This document shows positions 46,088 to 56,196 of a DNA stretch of 64,000 nucleotides, piece by piece. The DNA is from a virus (lineage: Duplodnaviria > Caudoviricetes). Under the pieces are notes generated by a model, which saw nothing but the letters and a program-made list of their open reading frames with translations, was not told the DNA's origin and made no database searches. The stretch's first letter is position 1. The number at the start of each line of letters is the position of its first letter. The stretch spans positions 32,001-96,000 of IMG/VR virus record IMGVR_UViG_3300001580_000006; one strand, written 5' to 3'. The translations under genes and the position numbers were made by a program.

Positions 46088-49000
46088 GCAACATTTTAGA
46101 CAAGCACGAATTTGTAGTATTCGCTGATCTGCACAGATCTCATCCGCCCAGCGATAACGATCAGTATACTGCTGATGTCATCGACGACGGCGCTGTAGAT
46201 ATGCCAGTTGGTGTAATTTGGGGAGTTGACACAAGTTGGAACTATTTACCAGGCACTACGCAGCCTAAGGGGTTTATAGCCACCCAGGTAGTTCCTGAAG
46301 ACTCTACTTATAAGGACGTGCCCATTACCTCATGTTTATCTAGAGGAGAATACCTAGAGCAAGTATACCCAATAACTGATTACTCGTCATCGCTATTTTG
46401 GATTAAGCAAACTATTACGCCAGATGGCCTGGCTGGTAAATCCATCGCTATTCATTTTAATGGACAGTATGGACGAGTAGACGAGGACGGCAACCCTGTT
46501 GTGGTAATTGATCACCGCTCTGCAGGTAGGGAGATATTCGGCGCATATGATGATGCGAGATTTTCGTACGAGGATTGGACTCAATATGCTAATATTGATT
46601 TTGCTGGCGGGTCTGTAAACCCACCATATGCCACTAATGATAATGTAGAGTTTATTAGTATTGCCGGCAGTGAGCTATCAACTGAGTTGTCGGCCACCAG
46701 TGGGTACTCTGCTATCTACGGGCTTCTTCCTATTTTAAGCAATGGTGCCGACTGTGGGCTAGCGTCAAGAAATGAAGTAGACAGAAAGCCTCCATGGCTA
46801 CGATATAGACACACCGACTCGCACATAGCAGATATTATAGAATTTGGCTTTGTACCTTCTGGCAGATATAGTTGGGCACCAGATGACTATACGTGTGGCA
46901 CAATGCTAGCAGTTATGGGTGGCACCCCAGACAACCTAACTACCACTGCTGCTGGGGTAGCCACCACTTCTTCCTCTACCCACGCTGTTATACAAGCTTA
47001 TAAAACTAATTGGTATAGCAGTGCAGCTGGACAGCTTTTTACAAAAATTAGCGGTAATGAGGAAAATTCATTCCTAGTTACAAAGCCTCTTCCAGGCAAC
47101 CAAAAGTGGACCACCTACAAAGATAGAGTGTTCGGTATAGCTGGTTTCATGTGGCAGAGAATAGACAATGAGGATGGCGCAACCGACAGCCTATATATTA
47201 GCACACAGTTAGGCAGGCTAGCCACCTACAATACTCTAAGCTATCTATACGGTGAGCTTGGTCAGCAATACGACCTCCAGACTCCAGAAGTTGCCGGTTT
47301 TGCTGTAGGCAACATTGCGCATGACGATGACTTTGGTCATCTTCTGTATCATATGTACCCAACCGCTGGGTCCCTAAATAGTGCAAACCTAGCATGGATT
47401 AGATCACGAAGAACATTTGTTAAACAATTGTCAGCCGGCACTATTACACCAATAGATTTATTTGGGTTAGTTAAAACGCATCCCATACCCAAGGTTTATA
47501 CAATAGAGCCAACAGGCACAGAGGTCGGTAGCGCCAGCAACCCAGCCATAAGTGGAAATGTATTTATTAGGCTGACTACCCCCGGCACGTATACCGGAGA
47601 TGTATCTAGTGCGCTAAGCTATCAAATAGAAGTTAAGAACCAGCATGGCGCAGTAACTATAACAAAAAATATATATCCAAGTATCAACACAGTAGATGCT
47701 TTTACGTGGGGCGACGGCAGTTTTGTGTATACTGGCGATGGCTGGTCGAATGGGCTGAACTATGTTCGTATTGGTGCATACCAAACAGGCTTTGATGAGC
47801 TACACCCTGATTGGGTGGCACGGGCCGACTGGACGCCAATCTACGTAACTGGAGCCGACGACAGGCTAGAACCATTGGTATATGCAATAAAACCAGATAC
47901 TAGCGCCTCAACTAGGTGCGGTGGTAGCCTAAGTGGTAGCACACAGTTTGTACCTGGCGTGGCTGGAGCATACTCTGACCACTACGTACATAGATTTTTT
48001 GAAACTGCAATTAATCAGTACGTAACTGACAATGAAATACTTGTTGGTATTGAAAACCCTCATCCAGCAAAGAGACTAAAGCTTGATAACACAAAAGATC
48101 AAATAGCCTTTCCTGAAAATGTTGAGATAGTAACATCTTACATAGAGACAGTATCGAGTTGGAAGAGTAGTGATAAAACTCTTCTGAGCAGTGAACCAAC
48201 ACGCCAAGTATCTAGTGATTCTATAAAGGAAGTTGTTACTAACTGCGATCATATGCTATGGTGGCCAGTTAGGGTAAACCTTGTTATACCTGATGAGCTT
48301 GCTTCATATGGGTCTCGTGGAACTGACAGCATAAACTATGATGGTACTCAAGACCCAGCCATTCTCAGCTTGTTTAATATAAGACTTACCCCCAACGCTC
48401 TTAATAAAATACGCATTAGGTTTTATACTACTGAGCCTGGCGACTACATGTTTCCAGACGGCGGATTATCAGATTTCTCCGAGCAGATAATTTATATTCC
48501 ATACTACCCAGAGTTACAGGAAATAGTTAGCAACGGAGAAAGAACCCTGCAGCTGCCTAGGTCATACGCAGATTGCATTATGCCTACTGGTAATCAACTG
48601 GTGTTTGATATAAATGAGTTAGTAAATCCAACTATAAACCCTGTTGCGTATAGCGGCATAAAGTATGATTATAGAGTAGTGGAGACCACTATCGATGGTA
48701 GCCTGGTACCACTTATATATTCTACTTGGGCTGGACCAAACACTATTGTGCCAATAATTAAATACATTAAGCCAAACGTTAAGTTGATTATGGATACCAA
48801 GATCTGGGTCCAGAGCGTAAACTTCTCTGATGGCAGTACGTGGCTTAACTTTCGTAATGTGTATACTAAGAGCAATGAATTTGTATACGCTAAGCTGCCT
48901 GGGTCTGGACACAACTATCCATATAACAACCTATGCCAGATAATATCCTCTACTGATACTGACTACACCATTACTACTATGACCCAAGGGGACGCTACCT

Positions 49001-50124
49001 TCTATAGATTTTTTGTGTGGTCGCTACCAAATTCGTCTAACCCAGCAGAGTATTTAAATCTAGCTAGAACAGGGCCGTTTGATACAGCCAACGGCATTGC
49101 TGTCAGTAATATAGCCGTAGCCCCAGAGTCCTCACTCATGAGTACTGCTTCGCTGCATGTTAGCCAAGCAATCTCTTTATTGGACAACACCTTGTATGCT
49201 TGGGCTGCCAAACCATCTAATGAATCCAATGCAGACTCACAGCTCAGACCATATAATCTAGATCCATGGTCTACTATGGCCCAAGGCCCAATAGTAGGCT
49301 TAGTGTGGAAGTCAGATCAGGCTACTACAACTCACCCGATACAGATTAGGGAGCCTAGCGGTATAACTAATCTGTCACCAAGACTTAGACTATTGGTGGC
49401 CGCTAGTGGCGACTACGTACAAAAGCTGTTGATTTTTAACACCGACAACAATGCGTGGGAGATTATCCCGGCTGGAAGCCCAACTACTCCTATCTCAGCA
49501 ACTGGTGGTCAGGAGTTCGTACGAAATATACTACAGGATGGTTCACTGCTTAGTCAGGGTGCTACATACGCACTGGTAGTGCAACAAAGCGCAAGTCCAC
49601 TAACCATACCGCCAGCTATTGCCATATTTAAAACTAAGGCTACCACTCAAGAAGATTTTACAGATAGAATACCTGTTGGGTCTATTACAGTAAACCCCGA
49701 GGAGTCGAACCTAATTAGATATGCACTAGAGGTTGCTACTGTTGATGTTATGTACGGTACACAAGAACCAGGGTCAGTACTAGTAACTAAACCAGTTGGT
49801 ATATCAAAAGCGCTATCTGCGCTCTGCATAGAAGCTGGGAGGGTTGGGGCTAGTGGCCCCGATAGCATAACTTGCGAAGTGCAGTTTAATGATGAGAACA
49901 CCTGGCACCAAATATGCCCTCTAGGTTGGAATGATACTAGTAGGCCAACTACGTTGTTCCTTGGACAGTATGATAGTCAGCTAAAAAGTAAACTTGAATC
50001 AATGTATGGTACTGGCGCAGTGGCACAAACAACAGAATCAGTTTATAGCATACGGCTGCGGTTTACATTCAACGAGGCCAAAGCACGCCTATCAAAATTT
50101 GTTAAAATTAAGGGAATTTCGTAG
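46084..50124 (+). CDS. Large tail fibre / receptor-binding candidate
   Basis: 1346 aa, beta-rich, in the distal structural operon. Confidence 0.45.
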   Translation: MSNILDKHEFVVFADLHRSHPPSDNDQYTADVIDDGAVDMPVGVIWGVDTSWNYLPGTTQPKGFIATQVVPEDSTYKDVPITSCLSRGEYLEQVYPITDYSSSLFWIKQTITPDGLAGKSIAIHFNGQYGRVDEDGNPVVVIDHRSAGREIFGAYDDARFSYEDWTQYANIDFAGGSVNPPYATNDNVEFISIAGSELSTELSATSGYSAIYGLLPILSNGADCGLASRNEVDRKPPWLRYRHTDSHIADIIEFGFVPSGRYSWAPDDYTCGTMLAVMGGTPDNLTTTAAGVATTSSSTHAVIQAYKTNWYSSAAGQLFTKISGNEENSFLVTKPLPGNQKWTTYKDRVFGIAGFMWQRIDNEDGATDSLYISTQLGRLATYNTLSYLYGELGQQYDLQTPEVAGFAVGNIAHDDDFGHLLYHMYPTAGSLNSANLAWIRSRRTFVKQLSAGTITPIDLFGLVKTHPIPKVYTIEPTGTEVGSASNPAISGNVFIRLTTPGTYTGDVSSALSYQIEVKNQHGAVTITKNIYPSINTVDAFTWGDGSFVYTGDGWSNGLNYVRIGAYQTGFDELHPDWVARADWTPIYVTGADDRLEPLVYAIKPDTSASTRCGGSLSGSTQFVPGVAGAYSDHYVHRFFETAINQYVTDNEILVGIENPHPAKRLKLDNTKDQIAFPENVEIVTSYIETVSSWKSSDKTLLSSEPTRQVSSDSIKEVVTNCDHMLWWPVRVNLVIPDELASYGSRGTDSINYDGTQDPAILSLFNIRLTPNALNKIRIRFYTTEPGDYMFPDGGLSDFSEQIIYIPYYPELQEIVSNGERTLQLPRSYADCIMPTGNQLVFDINELVNPTINPVAYSGIKYDYRVVETTIDGSLVPLIYSTWAGPNTIVPIIKYIKPNVKLIMDTKIWVQSVNFSDGSTWLNFRNVYTKSNEFVYAKLPGSGHNYPYNNLCQIISSTDTDYTITTMTQGDATFYRFFVWSLPNSSNPAEYLNLARTGPFDTANGIAVSNIAVAPESSLMSTASLHVSQAISLLDNTLYAWAAKPSNESNADSQLRPYNLDPWSTMAQGPIVGLVWKSDQATTTHPIQIREPSGITNLSPRLRLLVAASGDYVQKLLIFNTDNNAWEIIPAGSPTTPISATGGQEFVRNILQDGSLLSQGATYALVVQQSASPLTIPPAIAIFKTKATTQEDFTDRIPVGSITVNPEESNLIRYALEVATVDVMYGTQEPGSVLVTKPVGISKALSALCIEAGRVGASGPDSITCEVQFNDENTWHQICPLGWNDTSRPTTLFLGQYDSQLKSKLESMYGTGAVAQTTESVYSIRLRFTFNEAKARLSKFVKIKGIS

Positions 50125-50126
50125 CC

Positions 50127-50660
50127 ATGCGCAGACGAAGTCCAATATCTAACGAGACGAGAACCAAAATGCGTCTTGCACGTTTGGGCAAGATTTGTTC
50201 TGCAGAAACCAAGGCGAAGATAAGCTCTACGCGGCTTGGTCAGCCGAGCCCGCGACGGGGTGCAAAGCTTTCGTTCGAAACTAAGGCCAAACTTCGCGCT
50301 GCTAATATTGGCAAACAACTGCTTCCGTCGACCAGAGCAAAGATGAGGTTACGGACTGGAGCAAAAGCTGGCAACTGGAAAGGCGGTATTACTTCGGTAA
50401 ACCATGGATTTAGGCGTGCTATCGCGGGCATGTTTGAGTACCGCCAATGGCGTTCCGATATATTCACTAGAGACAACTTTACTTGTCAGAAATGTTGGCG
50501 GCAGGGCGGCGAGCTGCACGCACACCACAAGAAACGGTTCCAAGTTATTATTGACCAGTACAAAATAACCACTATGGAACAGGCGGCGATTTGTGCAGAA
50601 TTGTGGGATATAAATAATGGCATTACGCTTTGCGTAGACTGCCATAAAGGCATCAGTTAA
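50127..50660 (+). CDS. HNH homing endonuclease (family 1, copy E) with four NUMOD3-like repeats
   Basis: SNETRTKM / SAETKAKI / SFETKAKL / PSTRAKM repeats plus the family-1 core. Confidence 0.85.
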   Translation: MRRRSPISNETRTKMRLARLGKICSAETKAKISSTRLGQPSPRRGAKLSFETKAKLRAANIGKQLLPSTRAKMRLRTGAKAGNWKGGITSVNHGFRRAIAGMFEYRQWRSDIFTRDNFTCQKCWRQGGELHAHHKKRFQVIIDQYKITTMEQAAICAELWDINNGITLCVDCHKGIS

Positions 50661-52933
50661 TGAAATCTATACGCCAAATACAGAGAGATATTCTACTAGA
50701 TGAAATACAGCAAGAGTTAGTATCTAGAGGAATCTCATTGCATAGTCAAGAGGCTAAAGCAGAGATCCAACTACGGCTTCTTAGAGCTTGTGGTAAGCCA
50801 GTATTTAGACCAAGCGTTGTATCTGGACCAATAGATGTTGGTGGCATCAACAATATGCTTATGGACATAACTGCCGATATAAACATAGTGTTACAGGCCA
50901 CTGAAGAGCTAGACAGAGCCATATCGCTAACAGCAATTCTTACTGATGTAGAACACAAGACGAATCAGCTTAGGCTTAACGATGCTATGTCCACCACGGC
51001 GTACCTAAAGGCCGGGGGTCTAGTGTTTGCCGATTCATTTGATTCGTCCAACAAGGTAGACCTATCACACTCAACTGCGATAGTGGATACGGCTATTGGT
51101 GCGGTAAAGCACAAATCGTCTTTGGCTAAGCAGGCTATACAGGTGCCCACAGACCAATCAATTATGCTAGAGCCGGGATCAGCATACACTGCAATCTCAG
51201 TTATTACGCCACCACAGGACCTACTGCTTGGAACTGGGCCGTTCACCACAGTCTATCAGACTAATTCTCCAGCAGGATTTAGCGTCCTTACTACAATAGC
51301 AGTTCCTATGTCCAACAAGACCTATACTCTTACTCTTAGTAGCGTCATTGGCTATATGGAGGTTGACTATACATTTTCTGGCAGCTATGCTGACACAAAG
51401 TGGCTGCAAACTAGGCTTGGTCCTGTCCCTACCCCTATACAAGTCCCAGCTGGAGTTGGCCTAATAAGACTGCGGCTTACTAAAACTATGCCAGACCTTG
51501 ATGAGCAAGGTGCAAATTATTATATATTCTCTCTAGACCAACTTAAGGCTTGGAACATAAATGAGTTTGGCACATCGTACGTGATTACCAATCCTATAAG
51601 GTTTGCTGATTTAAATGGTGCTGATATATCACTACACAATGTAGCTATTACGGCTAAGACCCAGGGCGGTGGCAGTGTAACTCCATTTGTGTCAATCTGT
51701 ACAGACAACCAGCCACCAGAAACTCTCAACTGGGTAGAAGCTCCACTGTCCAGCGTGGTAAAGATATCTAGTAGCTTCCAAGGCATAATAAGCCCAGATA
51801 GTATTACTGTTTTAAACACCAATCAGATTCAAATAGCCGAGTTTGATAGTAAGCTTAGCTCTACCAGAGTTACTGCTGGTATGGGTGTTATGCAGAGAAC
51901 AACATATGGAGTTAGCAATTCGTATATAGAGAAAGCTGCTACCGGTGTGGCTACACAAGAACTAATAAGTGGTGGTAAGCGTATATATATACCAATCGAT
52001 GCGTTTAATCTACAGAGCGATGAGAGCATAGCCACCACTGGCGCTATATCATATATTAAGGTTGGAAGAACTGTATACCCTACTACTATACCATACACAA
52101 TAGTTGGTGTAGCCGGCAATCAGTTTATGAGAATAACTCTTCCAGCTCTTCCCCCGAACCGCCGCTGGCGTCGTATTGTAGTTGATCCTGTCTTTTACGA
52201 AGATGATGCTACTAGCTACGCAATAAAGATTCGTGCTACAAAGTTTGTAGTCGACAACTCCATAGGCTCGTGGGTCGGCCAGTGCATACTAAAGTCTGGT
52301 GAATCCATTAGTATAACCTCCAATGCCACTAGTTGCGTGCTGCAGAATCTAGAAACCGGTGCTGTGCTGTCTATTAAACCAGGCACCACTAGAATAGATT
52401 ATCAGCAAGGGTGGAGAACATTTACCGTGCTGGTCACCGGCAACGACCAGCTTAATCGCCTAGTGTCATTTGATGATCCTAATAAAATTCTGGCGTTTGG
52501 CACACTTACTCAGGTAGTTAGCGCCCCGGCCCCAGGAGAATATATGGATAATGATGGTAAAATAATAGTTGGTAATCCGTGCAACTTAAAGCTTACAGAT
52601 GTAAGAACAGGCAATGACTTCAATATTGCATCACTAGAGCAGAACAGCAGCCTATTCTTTAAGGTAGAATATTTATACCAGGATGTTGATACAAAAACTG
52701 TGAGGCTTAAGTTTGAGTTAGATCCTGGTGTTGATACGGTGTCTCTACTTGAGTATGCTGCATCATTCCAGCCATCAACTGTGGCACTAGAGCCAATCTA
52801 CGATGATTTTGTAGAGAAGTTTGACCTATCCACTATACAACCCATTGGAGCATCTAATGGGACGCTGGGCCTTGTTACTGTTGGCCGCAAACAGGGTAAC
52901 AAAAATATCGTTACTAAGGTAGAATTAAAGTGA
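50660..52933 (+). CDS. Baseplate/fibre-associated structural protein
   Basis: GINNMLMDITADI N-terminal motif, then FADSF...VD...T.IVD. Confidence 0.5.
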   Translation: MKSIRQIQRDILLDEIQQELVSRGISLHSQEAKAEIQLRLLRACGKPVFRPSVVSGPIDVGGINNMLMDITADINIVLQATEELDRAISLTAILTDVEHKTNQLRLNDAMSTTAYLKAGGLVFADSFDSSNKVDLSHSTAIVDTAIGAVKHKSSLAKQAIQVPTDQSIMLEPGSAYTAISVITPPQDLLLGTGPFTTVYQTNSPAGFSVLTTIAVPMSNKTYTLTLSSVIGYMEVDYTFSGSYADTKWLQTRLGPVPTPIQVPAGVGLIRLRLTKTMPDLDEQGANYYIFSLDQLKAWNINEFGTSYVITNPIRFADLNGADISLHNVAITAKTQGGGSVTPFVSICTDNQPPETLNWVEAPLSSVVKISSSFQGIISPDSITVLNTNQIQIAEFDSKLSSTRVTAGMGVMQRTTYGVSNSYIEKAATGVATQELISGGKRIYIPIDAFNLQSDESIATTGAISYIKVGRTVYPTTIPYTIVGVAGNQFMRITLPALPPNRRWRRIVVDPVFYEDDATSYAIKIRATKFVVDNSIGSWVGQCILKSGESISITSNATSCVLQNLETGAVLSIKPGTTRIDYQQGWRTFTVLVTGNDQLNRLVSFDDPNKILAFGTLTQVVSAPAPGEYMDNDGKIIVGNPCNLKLTDVRTGNDFNIASLEQNSSLFFKVEYLYQDVDTKTVRLKFELDPGVDTVSLLEYAASFQPSTVALEPIYDDFVEKFDLSTIQPIGASNGTLGLVTVGRKQGNKNIVTKVELK

Positions 52934-53199
52934 ACGTAGACAGTTTAAACTCCTATAATTATGTGCAGCAGCCACAGGTGTGCCAGATGAGGCAGCGCAG
53001 ACGGGCGCCAATCCGCTCCATAATAATATCAGCTTTATTTGGTGGTCTTTACGGAAGTTTCCTAGACTTGTCAACCATTATAGCCGGCTGTGGTACTGAT
53101 ATAGATAATATTGCAACTGAGAGAACTACTCTTATGAACAACCAGTTGCCTACTGTGTGCTATGCCTTGCGCACATTAAACAGATTTTGTGGAGTCTAA
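52930..53199 (+). CDS. Small structural protein
   Basis: GTGA overlap; RRRAPIRS motif similar to the FRGSIK start of 53203. Confidence 0.4.
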   Translation: MNVDSLNSYNYVQQPQVCQMRQRRRAPIRSIIISALFGGLYGSFLDLSTIIAGCGTDIDNIATERTTLMNNQLPTVCYALRTLNRFCGV

Positions 53200-53202
53200 C
53201 CA

Positions 53203-54351
53203 ATGATTATTCGCTTAGCCGACTTCCTCGCTCCATTTCGCGGTAGCATAAAACACGATGAAATATCTAGACTGTCCAAGGCAGCCGCTGAAGATGTCGC
53301 TGATCTATATACCGAACAGCTTAGTATAAATGAGCGTATAGTTAATGAGCTTAGGGCCGTCAATGCAGAGAACGCAGGCCTTACATCTCTTGTAAATAGT
53401 CTTACATCCAGTATTAACGCCATGTCCATTGAGTATACAGCCGCCGCGGCTGCTGGCGTAGCACACTATAAGCTGATACACGATCCAGCTGTGCACTCCA
53501 TAACTACCACTAATACTGATCGTTCCCCGCTTTATGGTCAGGTGGTTCTAGTAGAGAACTCCGGCACCATTAATAGAATACCATACTATACAGATGACAG
53601 AGGGATTAGACGCGCATCAACCAGCGTGGTGGTGTCTGTAGTAGACGGTAATGACAGCCCAGTGACTCTAGCTGGGGACCCTAAAAATGCTATGGTAGAT
53701 GATCCCAAACAGTATTGGCTAGAGCCAAACCCAATCTCTACCAGCAAGTATAAAGTTACGGTTGAAGTGCCAACTGTTCGTGGTATAGGCGCTAACATGG
53801 TATCCTTCTGCCCGATACCGGCCGCAGGTACAATATGCGAGAACATAGAATATAGATCTACCTCAGGACTGTGGGTATCTATAGGCGCCCCATCGACTTA
53901 TGGAGCACAAAGGGTATATTTCTATGCCCCAGATTTTGGCGATGCAGTTAGATTATCATTCGACACCGGCTCTGGAGAGCATCTTGTTGGTCTATACAAC
54001 CTTAGCATTAAGCAGGTTGCTTATAACTCTACCGGATCGTTCTACTTTAGGCTGCCTAGCACTGGCGCACACGATGCTAGAATAGCTACAAGCTTCGAAG
54101 TAGATTATGATTTGGTAGGGCTAGATCGAACTTATAGGCCTGAGGAGTTTGTAGACTTTAAGCTATATGCCGGCAATGCGTCTGCTCCACTGAGCCCACT
54201 AGACGTACCAGTAGGACTTACGCAGGATATGCCATCGATTGAACTATCTAGTGGCGATCCTGTTTCATACTTGTGGCTTAAGGCTACCTTTAATAACTAC
54301 AACGGAGTCACACCAGTCTATCGTGGCTGCCTGGTGACATATCTAAAATAA
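53203..54351 (+). CDS. Baseplate/fibre-associated structural protein
   Basis: N-terminal coiled coil (EDVADLY) followed by beta domains. Confidence 0.5.
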   Translation: MIIRLADFLAPFRGSIKHDEISRLSKAAAEDVADLYTEQLSINERIVNELRAVNAENAGLTSLVNSLTSSINAMSIEYTAAAAAGVAHYKLIHDPAVHSITTTNTDRSPLYGQVVLVENSGTINRIPYYTDDRGIRRASTSVVVSVVDGNDSPVTLAGDPKNAMVDDPKQYWLEPNPISTSKYKVTVEVPTVRGIGANMVSFCPIPAAGTICENIEYRSTSGLWVSIGAPSTYGAQRVYFYAPDFGDAVRLSFDTGSGEHLVGLYNLSIKQVAYNSTGSFYFRLPSTGAHDARIATSFEVDYDLVGLDRTYRPEEFVDFKLYAGNASAPLSPLDVPVGLTQDMPSIELSSGDPVSYLWLKATFNNYNGVTPVYRGCLVTYLK

Positions 54352-54362
54352 TGGAGGAGAGA

Positions 54363-55187
54363 ATGAAAACAACCCTTTCACTTATTGGAGCAGCAGGTGC
54401 TGGCTTCCTTATTGCGTTCCTAATATGGGGTGTGTTCTTGCGGGTTAATATCCCAACAACCAGCACGGCCGGAACAAGCAGCCCACTTGGCGGCACCACT
54501 GATACTGGCACAACCATCGTCAATGTTCCACCCGAAATAGACCAACTCAAGGTAGATAATAGGAAGCTTAAGGCTAGCTATGACAAGCTTAAGGAAGAGC
54601 TAAACAACGCCAAATTCCTATTGGATCTGACGCAGCAGGCCAATATGGAGCTGGATGAGGCTTATGCTAAACTGATATCTGATACTACGTTGACCAACCA
54701 AGAGCGCGCAAAACGGCTAAAAGTAGTACAAGATAGCCTGGCAGTTGTTAGAGAGAGCGGTAAAGTGCTAGCTAATATGATTGGCAAGCTGCAGTCAGAT
54801 CTACTGAACTTAAGCACCATGGAGCTGTCGTTCGTATACCCCAGCTATATGTTTAAGCTACGCCCAGGAGTAGCTGTTGGCCTCGGGTACGGTGATCCAC
54901 GTACGTGGTCTGGTGTGTCTGAAGCTACGCCAAACAGGCTATATACTGATGCCCTGCTAAGATGCCAATTCTTTACCGCCTTTACTCCGATTGGTATATA
55001 TACCCTGGCTGCGGAGCAGAGCATTATACGCCCTAAGGCCGGCCTAACCATGGGTCGATACATCAATGATGTCTACGGTGGATTCCGTAATGTGCAAATA
55101 GAGATTGGTGTGACTAAGGACGAATATAACCTTCTACCAGTTAAGAACGGCATCAACGTAAAGACAGGAATAGCTGTTAACTTCTAA
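54363..55187 (+). CDS. Spanin-like protein: N-terminal TM, coiled coil, C-terminal amphipathic beta strands ending in Phe
   Basis: GGAGGAG RBS before ATG 54363 (ORF open from 54351); TM LIGAAGAGFLIAFLIWGVFL; about 100-aa coiled coil; ends GINVKTGIAVNF. Confidence 0.45.
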   Translation: MKTTLSLIGAAGAGFLIAFLIWGVFLRVNIPTTSTAGTSSPLGGTTDTGTTIVNVPPEIDQLKVDNRKLKASYDKLKEELNNAKFLLDLTQQANMELDEAYAKLISDTTLTNQERAKRLKVVQDSLAVVRESGKVLANMIGKLQSDLLNLSTMELSFVYPSYMFKLRPGVAVGLGYGDPRTWSGVSEATPNRLYTDALLRCQFFTAFTPIGIYTLAAEQSIIRPKAGLTMGRYINDVYGGFRNVQIEIGVTKDEYNLLPVKNGINVKTGIAVNF

Positions 55188-55200
55188 TTTTAGACAGCAG

Positions 55201-55229
55201 AAAGCCCCCGATAATCTCGGGGGCTTTTT
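55201..55229 (+). terminator. Intrinsic terminator ending the structural operon at the convergence point
   Basis: AAAGCCCCCGA-TAATC-TCGGGGGCTTT followed by further Ts. Confidence 0.85.
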
Positions 55230-55232
55230 ATT

Positions 55233-55320
55233 TGGTAGCGGAGGCGGGTCTTGATCCACTTATGTGCATTTGCAACCTTCAGGTTATGAACCTGACGAGA
55301 CACTTTTTCTCTACTCCGCG
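55233..55320 (-). tRNA. tRNA-Met(CAT), initiator-like but aberrant (long variable region, irregular T arm)
   Basis: CGCGGAG/CTCCGCT acceptor stem with a C1 mismatch, TCAGG-TTCATAA-CCTGA anticodon arm, ACCA end. Confidence 0.6.
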
Positions 55321-55324
55321 GTGT

Positions 55325-55408
55325 TGGTGCTGCCGGCTGGAATCGAACCAGCACACTTTTGGTACGAAGTTCTTAGCCTCGCGCGTCTTCCTGCTCCGCC
55401 ACGACAGC
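55325..55408 (-). tRNA. trnL: tRNA-Leu(AAG)
   Basis: GCTGTCG/CGGCAGC acceptor, CGAGG-CTAAGAA-CTTCG anticodon arm, long variable arm, GCTGG-TTCGATT-CCAGC, ACCA. Confidence 0.85.
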
Positions 55409-55735
55409 ATTTAGCTTTTCCATTAACTTTGATGCAAAGCCAGGGCTTTTACCGTCCGTGGCACCTGCAACCCACTCATCATGATGCTTTATTGTTCTAA
55501 CTAGTTCTATAGTAAGGGCTTCCAGAAATTTTATATTCCACTCGTTTTCAAGCTGGTCTATTAATTGTCTTGCTGATTCTTCCTCAGAGCCCCACGGTTC
55601 GCGACGAAAGTCTCTTTCGTCGTAGGTCCAGCAGTCCTCCAGGTGATTTTTAGCCTTGAACACCCTTAGCAGCACTAGTGTATGCTCATTTATTGCTATT
55701 GGGGCTCTACATCGTTCTTCCTTAAGACTCTTCAT
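55373..55735 (-). CDS. Hypothetical protein (stop lies inside tRNA-Leu(AAG))
   Basis: 120-aa ORF overlapping the upstream gene; 3' end overlaps the tRNA. Confidence 0.45.
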   Translation of the reverse strand: MKSLKEERCRAPIAINEHTLVLLRVFKAKNHLEDCWTYDERDFRREPWGSEEESARQLIDQLENEWNIKFLEALTIELVRTIKHHDEWVAGATDGKSPGFASKLMEKLNAVVAEQEDARG

Positions 55736-56021
55736 GTATCTTTATAACTCTCCCAAATACTTTCTTTGTCCAGCCATTATTGTGGCCGTGGTTATTCCCT
55801 ATAAGCACTCCGCGGTTAGCATCACCAGCTTTCACTAAATGAGTATAAAAATTTCCTCGTACTCTGCAGTATACTATGTCGCCTGGCTCTACATCTTGCC
55901 AATTTACTGGTTGTAGAGTAACAGCCTGCCTAGACTTCAGTATTGGAGTCATAGAATTGCCAGGCTCTTTGGATATTATCGTTTCGCCATCTAATAGGCG
56001 TTGCATTTTACTTTTAAACAT
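55722..56021 (-). CDS. Peptidase S24/S26-like domain protein
   Basis: GNSMTP...GDIVYCRV..N.YTHLV. Start moved to ATG 56021 (AGGA RBS just after the tRNA-Tyr CCA). Confidence 0.6.
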   Translation of the reverse strand: MFKSKMQRLLDGETIISKEPGNSMTPILKSRQAVTLQPVNWQDVEPGDIVYCRVRGNFYTHLVKAGDANRGVLIGNNHGHNNGWTKKVFGRVIKIHEES

Positions 56022-56028
56022 ACTTCCT

Positions 56029-56114
56029 TGGTGCCAAGGAGAGGATTCGAACCTCTTCACCCATAGGGAACAGATTTACAGTCTGCCGCCGCTCTCCAAC
56101 TCGACCGCCTTGGC
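56029..56114 (-). tRNA. trnY: tRNA-Tyr(GTA)
   Basis: GCCAAGG/CCTTGGC, GCAGA-CTGTAAA-TCTGT, long variable arm, AGAGG-TTCGAAT-CCTCT, ACCA. Confidence 0.9.
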
Positions 56115-56115
56115 G

Positions 56116-56191
56116 TGGTGGGCGATGAGGGCTTCGATCCCCCTACCTCCTCGGTGTAAACGAGGCGCTCTACCGATTGAGCTAATCGCCC
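56116..56191 (-). tRNA. trnV: tRNA-Val(TAC)
   Basis: GGGCGAT/ATCGCCC, CCTCG-TTTACAC-CGAGG; T loop is ATCGAAG. Confidence 0.9.
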
Positions 56192-56196
56192 TTATT

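Noticed and set aside
1509-55066. Numerous short minus-strand or alternate-frame ORFs within the structural genes
   Set aside because: Shadow ORFs of long coding genes, with no recognisable motifs.
55232-55500. Plus-strand ORFs 55232..55414 and 55264..55500
   Set aside because: Antisense to tRNA genes and downstream of a terminator; likely spurious.
56022-56060. N-terminal extension MKRFESSPWHQGS of ORF 55722..56060
   Set aside because: It reads through tRNA-Tyr; ATG 56021 with an AGGA RBS is the better start.
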